This document shows positions 27,780 to 40,825 of a stretch of 64,000 bases of DNA, piece by piece (within the stretch, counting starts at the first letter, position 1; each line of letters starts with the position of its first letter). The DNA lies in NCBI RefSeq assembly GCF_009914755.1, contig NC_060936.1. The stretch is one strand, 5' to 3'. The translations under genes and the position numbers were made by a program. The notes beneath the pieces were generated by a model. It ran no database searches. It saw only the letters and a program-made list of their open reading frames with translations, and was not told the origin of the DNA. This DNA is from the human T2T-CHM13v2.0 reference genome, Homo sapiens.

Positions 27780-28675
27780 TTTTAAAAATGTTATTTTAAA
27801 CAGTAATATATGTTTGCTATAAAAACTTTAAATATGACCCAAAAGTGCAGAGTGTAAAGTAAAACATTTCCTTTTCTCTTCAGCCCCACCCCACTATTGC
27901 AGCCCAAACACAGCTCCCTAGAATAGGGGTGTCCAGTCTTTTGGCTTTCTTGGGCCACACTGGAAGAAGAATTGTCTTGGGCCACACGTAAAATACACTA
28001 ACACTAACAATCGCTGATAATCTGAAAAAAAAATCTCAGAAAAAAATCTTATAACATTTTAAGAAACTTTACAAACTTGTGCTGGGCCGCATTCAAAGAC
28101 TTTCTGGGCCACATGTGGCCCCTGGGCCATGAGTTGGACAAGCTTGCCCTAGAATTAATCAAGGTATTGTCTATTCCTAAATTTAGTATTCATGCAAATA
28201 CAAACACAGATATACATTTTTTTCATTCATGAATGGATTAATGTTTTGCATATACTTTTATAATTTTATTTTTCCAGTTAACAATATGTCCTGGTCATCT
28301 TTCCATATCAGTAGGCTGAGAGCTCTCTCACTTCTTTTAATGGCACATAGTAGTCTATTGTTTGAAGTACCATGATTATTTAACTAGTCTCCGATTAGTG
28401 GACATTTAATTTCTTTCTAATTGTCTCTATTACAAATGACAAAACAATGGCAATCCTCATACAAATATCTGTGCATTTTTACATAAACATTTTGAAGTAA
28501 AATTCTAGAAGTGAATGTACTATAAAATGCCTATATATACATTTTAAAATCTGATAGATTACAGCAGAATTATCTATTTCGATAAATTACTCCAAAATTA
28601 TTGTGCCAACTTACAGTCCCACCCATAATATACAGGAGGCCCTTAATAATACCTTTATTAAACACAAATATTATA
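27780..28675 (-). mobile_element. L1ME-type fragment, split by MER30
   Basis: catctttccatatcagta, cttttaatggcacatagtagtctattg, gtggacattta, aattctagaagtgaa. Confidence 0.7.
27924..28146 (+). mobile_element. MER30 hAT-Charlie MITE
   Basis: taggggtgtccagtcttttggc...aattgtcttgggccacac...ttggacaagcttg; perfect 8-bp TSD ccctagaa. Confidence 0.95.
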
Positions 28676-28707
28676 GCATAGCCCAGAAATCTTCAAAGGT
28701 CACCCAG

Positions 28708-29122
28708 TTCCTAGAGAACAGAGTTCAAAATCTTTAGCATAAGGTTCATGGCTTTCCCCAGTTTCACCTCAACCTAGGTTTTTTTGAGGCAGGGTCTCAC
28801 TTGTCCTGGCTGGAGTGCAGTGGTGCAATCACGGCAGCCTCGATCTCCTCAGGCACAGGTGATCTTCCCATCTCAGCCTCCCCATTAGCTGGGACTACAG
28901 GCATGCACCAACACACAGCATGATTTTTTGTATCCTTTGTAAAGACAACATTTTGCCATAGAGCCCAGGCTAGTCTCAAACTCTTGGGCTCAAGCGAACA
29001 GCCACGTTGGCCTCCCAATCAACCTAGTTTTAAAAAATATTACTGCCTCCCACTTGGTTAAGGTGAAATTGAGGAGAGCCATGAACTTTATGCTAAAGAT
29101 TTTGAACTCTATTTCCTAGGAA
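28708..29122. repeat. 67-bp inverted repeat (arms 28708-28774 and 29056-29122)
   Basis: 59/67 identical, ungapped, by manual alignment. Confidence 0.95.
28779..29018 (-). mobile_element. 5'-truncated AluJ
   Basis: gaggcagggtctcac...ctcttgggctcaagc...gcctcccaa; TSD tcaacctag(g/t)ttt. Confidence 0.9.
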
Positions 29123-29219
29123 AAATTGTACTTTTTCCTATAGCCATACCATTTCCAGAAATGAAAATGGTACTTTCATACTTTCTTGCCTTCACTTTCC
29201 AATAGTTCATTCATTCATG

Positions 29220-29715
29220 GCTGCAAAACTCTATGTGACCTGGTGTCTTGCTACCCCTCCAACCTCATTGTTCTTCCTTTCTGTTCTACAACACATCAAA
29301 CGCACCTGCTATCTCACAGCCTTTGAACTTGCCATGGCCTCTGTGTAGAACTTTCTTCCCTAGGTAGCCACATACCTCACTCTCTCACTTCATTCACAGC
29401 TCTGTTCACATGCTCCCTCTCCAGACCTTCCCTGACAAATTTATCCAAGGTAGCACTCCCAGGCCCTTTCTTACCTTTTACTGATTTATTTTTCTGCATG
29501 ATTTGTCATTGCCTGAAATTTTACTTGTCTTCTGACTTGTTACAGCTCATACTTTTTCAATGTTATAATCATTTTATTATGAAAACAAATCCAAGGAAAT
29601 ATAGGCATCATGAGGACAGAGATTTTGGGGGTTAGTTCATTGCTATTTCCCAGTGCCTAGAATAGGATCTGGCATATAGCAAATGCTCAATAAATGTTGA
29701 ATAACTAGTTCAATA
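29220..29715 (+). mobile_element. L2a 3' end
   Basis: gttcattgctatttcccagtgcctagaataggatctggcatatagcaaatgctcaataaatgttgaat. Confidence 0.8.
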
Positions 29716-30640
29716 AATATACTGAGCTTTATGTTGCCCCAAGCATCGTCCTAGGATAGGTATAAAAGATAAGGCTGATCGTGGTTAAGGTAAATTAGGG
29801 GGCACTATTAGAGGACAGAGGAAGATAAGTAACCTCTGAAGCTAGGTGAGAAATCAGGGATTGCTTCAAAGAGAAAGGGATGACTTCTTACCCCTTTTCT
29901 ATGCTGACTCAAATGTTAACCCTTCTGTGAAACCTCTTCTATCTGATTTTCCAAGCATGTCAGCCCACTGCCAGTCCCCCTGTCAATATTACTTCCTATA
30001 TCCCAGTCAGGCAGGAATTATTACTTCTCTATATTCTTATAGTTTTTTTGTTCATAGAACTGGTGGAGCACTTCACACATACAGGGATCACTTGCTATCT
30101 GGATTCTCACAACGTGTATATTTCCTAAATAAATAGCAAACATTTTTTACACAAAATTCACTATATAAATTAAAAATCAACTTTATTAAATATACATGGC
30201 ACACTAGTGAAAATGTTCAAACTGTGCAAGATTACAGGCAAGAGGACACGTCTCAACAGTTTCCCCATGCTCTTTTTGCATAAATCTGTTATAATCATCT
30301 TCCCCACATTATGAGAAAAAAAAAAGTTTCCTAAAAAGTGAGAAAGGCTCTGAAGAAAGAAGTTGAACCTGAGAGGTCTAGAATAGCCATACATTTCTAC
30401 ATCTGAAAGAACATAGAAATGTAAACATATACATCAAATCAGAAGCTTGGCCATGCATGTGTTACCTTTACCACATAATGATTTTTCTAATTATTGTGCA
30501 TTTTACAAAGTTTAATCATGTTACACTATTTTTTGGATAGCAGATAAATATCTTGGTGTATTGGCTTAATAGACACCAAAGAAGGTAAGGAAGGAGGGAA
30601 TTCATTCAGGAAAGGAATGAAATTTAGAAGTATGCTCACA

Positions 30641-30937
<297 letters not shown>

Positions 30938-31004
30938 GTAAGTCTGCAAAAATGTAAAATTTGATATCACCTACACACCTAAATATCAAAGATTTCTAAG
31001 GCTG

Positions 31005-31205
31005 CAAAGTATTATGGAAAGAGGCTCTAGATCCAGGCACAGATGAGTTAAAATCTTATCTCTACTCCTTACTGTTCACATGACTTTTTATATGTAAAGT
31101 AGGAGGATATTATCTACTTCATGGACTTTTAGTAAAAATCAAGTTAGACAAAGCAAACATGCCTTGCAGAGAACATGGGAGATAGGATGCATTCAACAAG
31201 TTTTG
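31005..31205 (+). mobile_element. MIR SINE
   Basis: gtattatggaaagaggctctagatccagg...tgtaaagtaggaggatattatctacttcatgg. Confidence 0.6.
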
Positions 31206-33550
31206 TTTCTTTTGTCCTCTAGACTCCATGCAATGATCACTAACTACATTTACCCAAAACATGAAAAAAATAAAACAAATCCACAATAGGTAAAAAGATT
31301 TAAGAGTATGCAACACTGCATAATTTAAAGCTCACAGCTGAAACAGCTTCCATTAATAGTGAGGTGGCAATCAAACAATTCATACCACAGGCAAGTTTTT
31401 AATGGTGATAAACCTGGAATATTTAGGAAATAAGTGTTGCATTCATTTCAAAAGAAGAGGTAAAAATAGTGCAGACATTATATATCCAAAGATAGAATTT
31501 TAGATATACATTATGAAAGCAATGTTAAGCTAATACCTTTGAAAACCCAAGCCCTTTGGAGAAATGTTGAAAATGAATTATTTTGCGCACCCAAATCACA
31601 AAGTAAGGATAGTAAAGGAAATAGTTAATGATTACATGAGGAGTGAGTTGTCACTGTTGATCAAAGTACATACAAAGAAGGAAAATCTTGCAAACAAAAC
31701 TATTTTATAATAGTGCCCTCAGACAATTTTTACACTATTGATTTAGTGATAATATCTTAAGGATGTTCTTTTTGCCTTCCAAAACCATGTCACTTTTGTA
31801 ACCTGTGGATCAATATGCCATCTCAACATGTAATATCTCGCGCAGAGGGCTGACATAGATAACACTACTTTGATGGAAAATTTATGAAAGAGCTTTGACA
31901 TCTGCTCTACCCTCGATTACCTAGAAAAAAAGTCTGAAGCACAGATTAAGTATAATACTTTTTAATGGATGCACAATACCAGGACAGCATAAGTGACGGA
32001 CAAGGGAAGTGAGACAGTGAAGGATTAGGAGCAAGACAATATGTGATATGTTACCATGCTGGCCAATGTAAAGTGTGCTGCAAGAAGACAAATGCAGTTG
32101 TTAGGCAGTTAAATTCTTTAGGCTGTGGGCAGGTCATGCAGATAAACTATGCTTTGGAGTAGTCAATTGGAAAGAAAACAGGAGCTAAAACTTATTTTCC
32201 AGTTCCTTCCTATCTCCTGTCTCCCAATGGACTTCTGGGTTTCCTCAGCTGTCCACATCACATGGGAAGACAGGTCTCTGCAACACTGTGTTTATCAAGT
32301 CTTGATGTTTTAATCAAGACATGTGGCTCATTGGCTTGAAGCAGAATGATGTAGCCCATGAGAGGGACAGAGGGCCAAAAGAGTCTGAGGAGGTACATGA
32401 GATGTGTCCCATGCCGTATCCAAAAAGCTCTCAGGTTCATCAGTCAGGCTTGGGAAAGAAAATCACAATAAGGAGTGAAGTTGACAGGAAACTGGCTTGG
32501 CTATTTGTTGTTGACTTGTGAGGTTTTGGGGAAGTGGTGCAAAGCAAAACTATTAGCTCTTGCTAAGGAAGTTGGATTTAGGGCAATGAAAATATTGAAA
32601 AACTGTTAGCATAACATGTACAGTACTTATACTTGAGGAACCCATTCCAGTCAGTGTTCATCACTGGTTATTTACTTGGGAAAGAGGAGGCATGAATGTG
32701 TAATATTGAAACTTTAAAAGAAATTTTAGGACATGCAAACAAAATAATTTCCACTGCAAGTGAATGTGGCCATGGCATGTGTAAAGCGTCACATTCAAAA
32801 CCACAGACCTAAGCACAGTTGTAGAGTATCTATCAGTAGCTGTCCATGCCAATAGATGCCCATTTTGAGCTTGTTGGTTTGTCCCATTGCTTCATCTAAG
32901 ACTTCAGATTGTGGTTCATAGTCATACACAGTCTTGAGTGTCAAGAAGGGAAGACTGTCCACTAATTCCCTGAAACTGAAGAAAAATAAACTTCAGGCAT
33001 TTTCTGTTCTGCTCACTCTCCACCAGCTCATTCTTCTTCCATCAAATAGAACTATTGACCATGAGCTCCATTTTTCTTCTCTCCTCTCCTCTCCCTGCCA
33101 ACCCCACGTAAGAAACTCTTCAATTAATAAGTAACTATTTTAAAACTGATTCATATATTTTACTTAGTTAAGTGTCATTTAAATTCATTATGTAACTTTA
33201 ATATAACATTATTTCATTGTTCCTTTAAATTACAGTGCATATCCATTGCGGATGGAAATTACAATTCATGTCTACACATCATTATTTCATTCTGCACTCA
33301 AACATCCACTAGTGGTGCATTAATTATTAAATAATTAAATTCTTTGTTTTATAAATGCTTTTTATCATGCAAAGTATCCCTGAGAATTATTCTATAAGTA
33401 TTTTAAACTGTAACAGCATTAGCTGGAGAAGTGGGATTTACTAGTAATCCATTATTTTTCCTATTTAAAACAGTAGAATATAGGCTGTATTTACCAAAAA
33501 TTTATGTAACACATCAAACACACATTTGATTTGAATAACAAAGAATGCCC

Positions 33551-33675
33551 ATGTATGTATATACAAAACTCATATATGTATTTGTTTATATATATATATG
33601 TGTGTATATGCATATATATGTACACTTATGTATGTGTGTATATGTACATACACATGAATATAATGTATATAAGAC
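33551..33675. repeat. Degenerate (TA/TG/CA)n low-complexity repeat
   Basis: atgtatgtatatac...tatatatatatgtgtgtatatgcatatatatgtacac. Confidence 0.85.
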
Positions 33676-33699
33676 ATGGGTGTATCTGTCTCATTTTCA

Positions 33700-34035
33700 G
33701 CATCCTAGAATAGAAAGAATCAGAGGTTTGGAAGCAATAGACTTAGCACTGATTTCCAGTTCCCCACTCACTGGCTGACCCTCAAGTTCTTAAGTGATAA
33801 ATGGCTATTTAAGATAATATCTACCTCATAATTTTCCCATACAGATTAACAGTAATAAAGCATGTAAATCCCCTAGCAGATAGTTCAGTAGTCAACAGAT
33901 TTAGCTTTTTCCTTGTTTATACTTATTACTCTCTCCAACTAAACTGTGAATTCCTGAATCCAGAATCGGAACATATTCATCTTTGTGTTGTCAGCACCTA
34001 CCACATACTAAGCACTTAGTAAATGTTTGTTGAAT
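33700..34035 (+). mobile_element. MIR fragment followed by an L2 3' end
   Basis: gataatatctacctcata...catgtaaatcccctagca; taaactgtgaattcctga...aagcacttagtaaatgtttgttgaat. Confidence 0.65.
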
Positions 34036-34747
34036 ACACTGGAATTATGATGAAGGCTATTAAAAACTTAAGTACTTGTCACCGAAGGATTTTTAAAAGT
34101 TTTCTTATTTTCTTCCCATTTCATCTAAAGTCAGTAGAAGAACCTTATTTTAAGATTGTCTAGGATCTTTCCAAGACACATCACAGACAAAAGTTTTCTT
34201 TTCTTGGACTTTTTAAATTTATTTTTTATCCGACAATCTACAAAGCAGAAGGTATTGCACTTTGTGGCAGTATTATTTTGGAGTGGCAATTTCTATAATA
34301 TCCTTGAGAGAGAATTATCTGTGTTGTGTTTGTATAAGAATAGTATAAAATAAAATTTAAATAAGACTAGATCTTGGTACGAAATAATTTTTTTTTTGAT
34401 TCAACCTTTTATCTAACTGATTTACTTACAGGAAAAATTTGTTTTAGTTATATATCACTCAAAATTTTGTATTCTCAATTTCCATCGTTGTAATTTCTTT
34501 TTAACAAATTAGTCCTTTAATTCCTTTCCTATTCACTAGTCTTTGATGCATCTAGCTTCCCATCTTAAGGCAGTACTCGCTAAGAAAATAGGCAGAAGAT
34601 CCCGTTGAACACTATGTTTCGCAAACTTAGGCCTTAATTTCAATTATGCCCCTGCAAGGACAAAATATAACCCTGGTAAATGTGAAACATCTGATCATTA
34701 TAGCTTTGAGACTGGCCAGATCACAATCAACTGGAACTTCCTCTTGC

Positions 34748-35401
34748 CTAATTTTAATTCCATTTGAGAATTGCCCATGATAATTTGACCCAGATCTCTT
34801 CACAACATAACATTATCTTAGAGTTTACAATTTCGTTAACCTCTTGTGATTAGAAAAGAGAGTATTTCAAGCCTTCCACTTGATTACTCTGAGCTATGAA
34901 GGTTTCCTTTGCATGGGATAAGCTTGTCTTCCTTTCATTTAACATAGCAAATTCAGTGTGACCAGTGCAATCTGATGCAATACCTTCACAGAAAAAAACA
35001 CCGTGAAAGAGTCTTCTTTAAATCATACTCTGCAGCAGACTGGCAGAATACTGATTTTTTTTACATCAAAACTACAAAGTAAATGAGAGATTATTTTGAA
35101 CAAATTCAAATAAAAAGATGAATTAATTAAGAATCATTTTAAAACTTCCATGATACTGACTTATCTGATTGAATAAACCTTAATAGCTTAGTCTCATAAT
35201 CAGAGAAGAAAAAGTATTAAATTAAATCTGGTAATAACTTTTAAAATCTGAGCTAGAGCTCAGAGTAATGAGATGGGAAGTTTTAAATAATCCCTTTTTC
35301 AATCACAAGAGGTTAACAAAATTGCAAACTCTGAGATAATGTTGTTTTGTCAAGAGTCCTAGGTCAAATTATCACAAGATTAAATATGGAATTGAAATTA
35401 G
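34748..35401. repeat. ~150-bp inverted repeat (arms 34748-34895 and 35257-35401)
   Basis: core 34778-34895 vs reverse complement of 35257-35374 is 98/118 identical, ungapped. Confidence 0.95.
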
Positions 35402-35974
35402 ATAGAAGCCCAAGTCACATTTTGGTAAATGATTATAGATTGCAGTATATATAAAAGTTATCCTATGTGATTTTAAATGTGATGTTGTTTTGATCGCTAG
35501 GGTGAGAAGAAATATTTAACACATGGAATCCAATCACTGGGGAAATGTTTAGAACTCTTTTTTTCAAAGGTTTAAAAAAAGTTAGAACAAAATTTTCTAA
35601 TTCTCCTTTAAATACTTTTTGAAAATAACAACAATAAATAAATAAAATCATTTTTTAAAGTTTTAGAATATAATGTTTAAAGGTTATGAAAACTTCAAAT
35701 AAAGTTCACACTTAAGTATTATGAAAAAAACTTTCATATTTTAACAATTAGGGTTATCTACTCTGCAATTCTTATAACGTTAGGAACGTCAGCTCTCAAG
35801 AGTGCAGGGCTGTGTCTGCCTGGTTTCTGGCTCTGTCTCCAGCAACTAGGAGTGTAGGGTAGTGCTAGCTCATATTATGTGTTTAAGTATTTGTTGAATG
35901 GATCAATAATCACATACATGTACTAATATAAGAGACCTCATGAATTCAGTAATTAATGGCTCCCATTTGCTCAG

Positions 35975-36100
35975 AAAAGGTAACTATATGAGAGGATGGG
36001 TATGTTAATTTGCCTGTGGTAGTCATTTCACTATCTATATGTAAATTAAGATAAGTATATATCAAAACTTCATGTGCTCCTTAAATACACAATTTAAAGA
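35975..36100 (+). mobile_element. Short L1MA 3'-end fragment
   Basis: aaaaggtaactatatgagaggatgggtatgttaatt...gtatatatcaaaacttcatg. Confidence 0.7.
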
Positions 36101-36104
36101 AATC

Positions 36105-36625
36105 TAACTGAACAAATATATGCTGAGGGCTTCTGCATGCCAGGCTCAGTTTTAGGCACTAGGGATACTGTAAACAAAACAGAAAAAAGGAAATTATTTA
36201 TCCCGTTGGAGCTTGCCTTCTAGTTGGGTGAGACAAAGAATGAACACTCTAAGCAAGTAAAATATATAAGGGCTAGTTGGGGATAAGTTGTTAGTAGAAA
36301 ATTAAACAGATAAGGCAGATACAGCATGTCAGGTATGGAGAACAGCCTGGAATGTTTAAGGTCTAGTGAGGGGAAGGCCAGTGTGACTGCAGCAGATTGA
36401 GTCAAAAGGAGAAGAGAAGGAGACAGGCTTGTAAACACAATGGCCATTATGAGGCTTTCACCCTGAGTCAAATGGAGAGCCATTGGAGGTTTTTGAGCAA
36501 ACATCCAACTTATAGCAGACTCATTCTGGCTGCTGTGTTGAAAATAAAATGAGGCAGAGCTGGAGCCAAAGCAGGAAAATCTGGGAGGAGGCTATTTTAA
36601 CCATCCACGCGAGAGATGATGCTGG
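36105..36625 (-). mobile_element. L2a fragment
   Basis: aacaaatatatgctgagggcttctgcatgccaggc...ggagagccattggaggtttttgagca...ctggctgctgtgttga. Confidence 0.8.
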
Positions 36626-36860
36626 TATTTATTGTACACCATGTGTCAGGCAGTGTGAGAACTGCTTTATATATTTGATATTTACATGCTCTATTATCTA
36701 ATCCTCACAGCCCTGTGAGTTAAATCTTATTGTTGCCATTTTATAGATCAGGAAACTAAGGCTATCAATGGTAAGTTAACTTGCCTAAATGTACTAGGCT
36801 TGTAGGTGGCAGATGTAGGCTCAAATATAAATCTGTCTGTTACCTTACCCACTGCAGTGC
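36626..36860 (-). mobile_element. MIR SINE
   Basis: taatcctcacagccctgtgag...ccattttatagatcaggaaactaaggct...aacttgcctaa. Confidence 0.8.
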
Positions 36861-38869
36861 CACTCTACATTTTCATACTCATTTTGCAAATATTTTATAA
36901 TAATTTGTATCAATATATATCCAGAGATTGTGATAGCACCCACTTTATGGGTGATACAGCATTAATAATGAGACACCAATTCATCATTCCAGCTCTGTTC
37001 TCTGCTTCTCTATGTCGTAAACCTTCTGCACCATCCAAAGCAACTAGCTCATTATTTCCTAAACATTTATTGAACATTCCTGACTATTATAATTATAGGC
37101 TTTTAGAATTAAAAACAAAAAACTTAGACAACCTGACACTCAAAACAGGAGCTCTATCTATAGCTAGCTTGATAATAGGTCATTGGTCTCTGAATATTAT
37201 CAAGTAACAGAGAAGGTGTTTATTGTTGGCTGTACCCATTCACATACTGACATGAGACACTTCCCGGAGAATCCCAGAGATTCTTGCAAAAGATCTTTCA
37301 AGGAGTTGGCCACATTAAACGTTTGGATACAAGGCAATAACATTCACATTAGAAAAGATACCCCATCAGCCAGGCATGTTGTAGTAATGAAAGCTGGGAC
37401 TAAGAGTAAAAAAAAGCAAAATTCTGCTATCACCTCAATTCTGCTTCTGTTATCATTAGAATGCTAAGATTTCTTGGCTTGAATATCAAATTTAATATTT
37501 TTTAGATGGCAGTTCATTTTTACATTCCTCTATAACTCATGAAGAAAATAACTGTTGAAGGGACAGAAAAAAATGGAACCATGAGTTTTAAGATTGGAAT
37601 CTCAGTCCTGTATTTACTACCACCTACACATGGGTTTCAGGAAGTGGCTGCCAACCAGATCCTATTACTGCTTTACACAATCTGCCTATTCTATGGCATG
37701 ACACTAAATTAAATCTTGGAGAATGTACTAGGATGGAGAGGAAAAGAGCAAATAGCAATAGATCGAACACCTTGGAAATTCCAACTATTGGCCTGGCATT
37801 GTGGAGTCTTCTGGGTTCCCTGAATGGAGACTATTATTCCAGAGATTGGTAAAAACACAATACAAAAGGCTAGAGACAGGAGATAGGAGGCTACTATTGG
37901 TTCTTCCATTTTTCACAGTGCATCAGATAGTGACAACAGGATTATAATTACAAAAGCTCCCTCACTTCTTTAAAGTCCCATCTTGCTCTACCCCCTGGCT
38001 CAATGCCTGGGTGCCAAAAGCTCAGGAAGAACAAGATCAAGGCAAAATTAACAGGTGAAGTTTAACACAAAACCTTGGAACAATTATCTCCATTGAAGCC
38101 ACATCAAGTGACTTTAGGAAAGCAAATCAACTACACATTTTCTTAGTACCTTTGCACAGAAGATTAAAATTAGTAGTATATCTGCTTATACCTGATGATC
38201 TTTAAATATCATTTTTGTGCTTTCCCTGTGTATTAGCATGAAAAGTTTAAGCACACTGACTTCAAAACCAGTGAACAGAGATAAGAGTCCTGACTAGAAG
38301 TCCAGGTTACTAAAATAAAGAGCTTTGTATGGTGGTTTCTCATATTGCTATTACACAATATCATGTAACAATTCTCTCCTTAAAATTTCATCCCAGGCTA
38401 CTGCCTGAGATACAAGTGAAACACCAGGGTGGACCTGGGGCCGGCTCTGAGGCAACTTCTTTAGAACAGGATGTCCTCCTTCCTTTAGGTGACAGGTTAC
38501 ATACTGAGAGTTTTTTCATCCCTATTGAAAACATCTCATTTGCTGCCAAACTATATGTAAGGGAAAGAAGCAAGGTCTGCCCTCAAAGGCTCCTTGGAGA
38601 CTGAAACCAGAGAATAGCCGGACATACACGCAGTATGAAAAGTCTAAATTAAACAATGGCTTTACAAGAGCACCTTCCCATGTGACTTTGAATCAGAGTA
38701 AAGGGAAGTTCACAAAAATCAAAGCAGTAAAAGGGATCTTTATTTGGAAAGTACTCATTAACTGGGCAAAGCCAACCTTTAGGAATTAGATCTGTGAGGA
38801 AAATCCTCCTGGCAATGAAATCAGGACTTTGAATTCTACTGGCTCATAAAATAAATAATAATATCCACT

Positions 38870-39090
38870 TACAGTTCTATATTACCTTTCAGTTTACAAA
38901 GTGGCTTCCCATAGATTATTTTATTTTATCTTCACAACACTCGTCTTACATAATGATGCCTGATTATTCCCTTTCATGGGTTAGGAAATTGAGGCTGGAG
39001 AAGCAGACCGGATTTCCTCAAGGTCACATAGTTATTAAGAAGCAAAGCCCAAATTGACATTTTGGTCTCCAGACCCCCATTTAGGAGCTG
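38870..39090 (-). mobile_element. MIR SINE
   Basis: ttatcttcacaac...ggaaattgaggctggagaag...aaggtcacatagtt. Confidence 0.7.
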
Positions 39091-39308
39091 TTTCTTTGTT
39101 GCATCTCTAAAGTTAGTAAGCCATAATTTTATATTATCATATCTAGGTATACGTTCATTTGTAAAAGCCCCTGGTTACTTAAGATCTTGAAAAAGAGTTA
39201 GGCTAGGCTTAGAATAAGGCAGAATTTCAAGCTGTTTTATATGTTCCCTGTGACAATGGCAAGAATCCAAGGTACATTTTGAAGACAAATAAAATGAACA
39301 GTATTTTT

Positions 39309-39596
39309 TTTTTTGAGACAGAGTCTTGCTCTGTCACACATGCTAGAGTGCAGTAGTACAATTTCAGTTCACTGCAACCTCTGCCTCCCAGGTTCAAGTA
39401 ATTCTCATGCCTCAGCCAACCAAGTATCTAGGACTACAAGCACATGCCACCACACCCAGCTAATTTTTGTATTTTTAGAAAAGACAGGGTTTCACCATGT
39501 TGGCCAGCCTGGTCTCGAACTCCCGACCTCAGGTGATCTGCCCACCTCGACCTGCCAAAATGCTGGGATTACAGGTGTGAGCCACCATGCCCAGCC
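39309..39596 (-). mobile_element. AluSx/Sz-like
   Basis: complete Alu; perfect 18-bp TSD aaaatgaacagtattttt at 39291-39308 and 39598-39615. Confidence 0.95.
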
Positions 39597-40180
39597 CAAA
39601 ATGAACAGTATTTTTGAATTTCATAATAGTAATATCAAAGGCTAAAACTACTGCACATATTAGAAGCTCTGTCAGTGGAAAAAAAATCAAATTTCCCTGA
39701 TCAACTTATAAACTTGAAACAAGTTTTTTCTAGGGCTCTCTCTTCACTGAATTAAATACTATGATTTTGAATGTTGAAAATACTTGAATCTTGCTTTTAG
39801 TACACACAGTTGTAGAGTTGTGCTTTTCCTTTTTTTTTCATTGTTTATTTTTTAACTAATGTGAGCTATCTTAAAACAGAGAGCTATGGTGAAAGGGCAA
39901 TGGTTAAGCAACCAGAGAGATCAGGCTTTGAACCCAGGCTCTACCTGGATGATCTGAGTAATTGATTTACTGAGAGCGTTATCTACTTAAAGGAAGCAAA
40001 ACTATCATTGCTTGATTCCCACCAGAGTATGGAGGCAAGCCTGGAAAATAAGACATTTAAGAAGAAAGAAACAGTATTCTTAATTAAGGAGGGGTGCAAA
40101 ATAGTGAAGACCACTGGAATTCAGCAGTTCTAATTCACTAAAGTCATTTCAATCTTTCAGGTAGCCTTTTGAAATAATCA

Positions 40181-40271
40181 AAATGCTATGGAAGAATGTT
40201 GTACTTTAAATGCTATGAAAGATGCTATGTTCCATAACATTTAAAGTACAACATAATGTTGTACTTTAATG
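40181..40271. repeat. Quasi-palindromic hairpin with three alternating arms
   Basis: 40196-40220 pairs with 40230-40254 (23/25); 40256-40271 repeats arm 1. Confidence 0.92.
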
Positions 40272-40279
40272 CCAGTCAT

Positions 40280-40825
40280 TGCCTGTGGCCCACAATTCAT
40301 TTTCAGAAAGTCCATCCTGCTTGTACCAAGTGACACTTAGCACCCAATCTGATGGAAAAACACCCACCCAATGGAGAATCCATCCATAATTCAGCAAATC
40401 AGATTCTCTGACCTGGGTATATAGAATTTAGCATTAGCAACTGAGACAGTGAGATGAGAGTTGCTTGAAGGTGGCAGGGACACATTGACAGGTGTAGGAC
40501 CAAAGTCAGGGCTGGACCCATTCAAGCAAAAGCTATGTCTAAGCAGAAGTTAAATGGAGCGGGGCAACCATGAGTAAGGTGGTAAATATGAAAAACACAA
40601 TTAAGCACGTAAGAGGAGAAAAGTAGAGTCAAGAGGCTAGTAGTTCAGCAAGAGAAGAGAGTGGATTCAGGTACTGATTTTGCAGTCCCGGGGCCTTTCA
40701 TGTCCTGGTTGTACTTTTTTCCCTCCAAAGTTTTCAGAGATGCCCTACTATCCTTTCAGCAAATTTTACTAAAACGTCTGAATGGCTTCCTGTCTCTTAG
40801 AAACAAAAGGCCATGAGCATAATGC
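40280..40825 (+). mobile_element. Old LTR-type element (family uncertain)
   Basis: aaatcagattctctgacc and terminal cctgtctcttagaaacaaaagg resemble old MaLR/ERV LTRs. Confidence 0.4.

Noticed and set aside
29783-29800. ggttaaggtaaattaggg as a third copy of the 29056 inverted-repeat arm
   Set aside because: Only ~15 nt of similarity that does not extend; likely chance.
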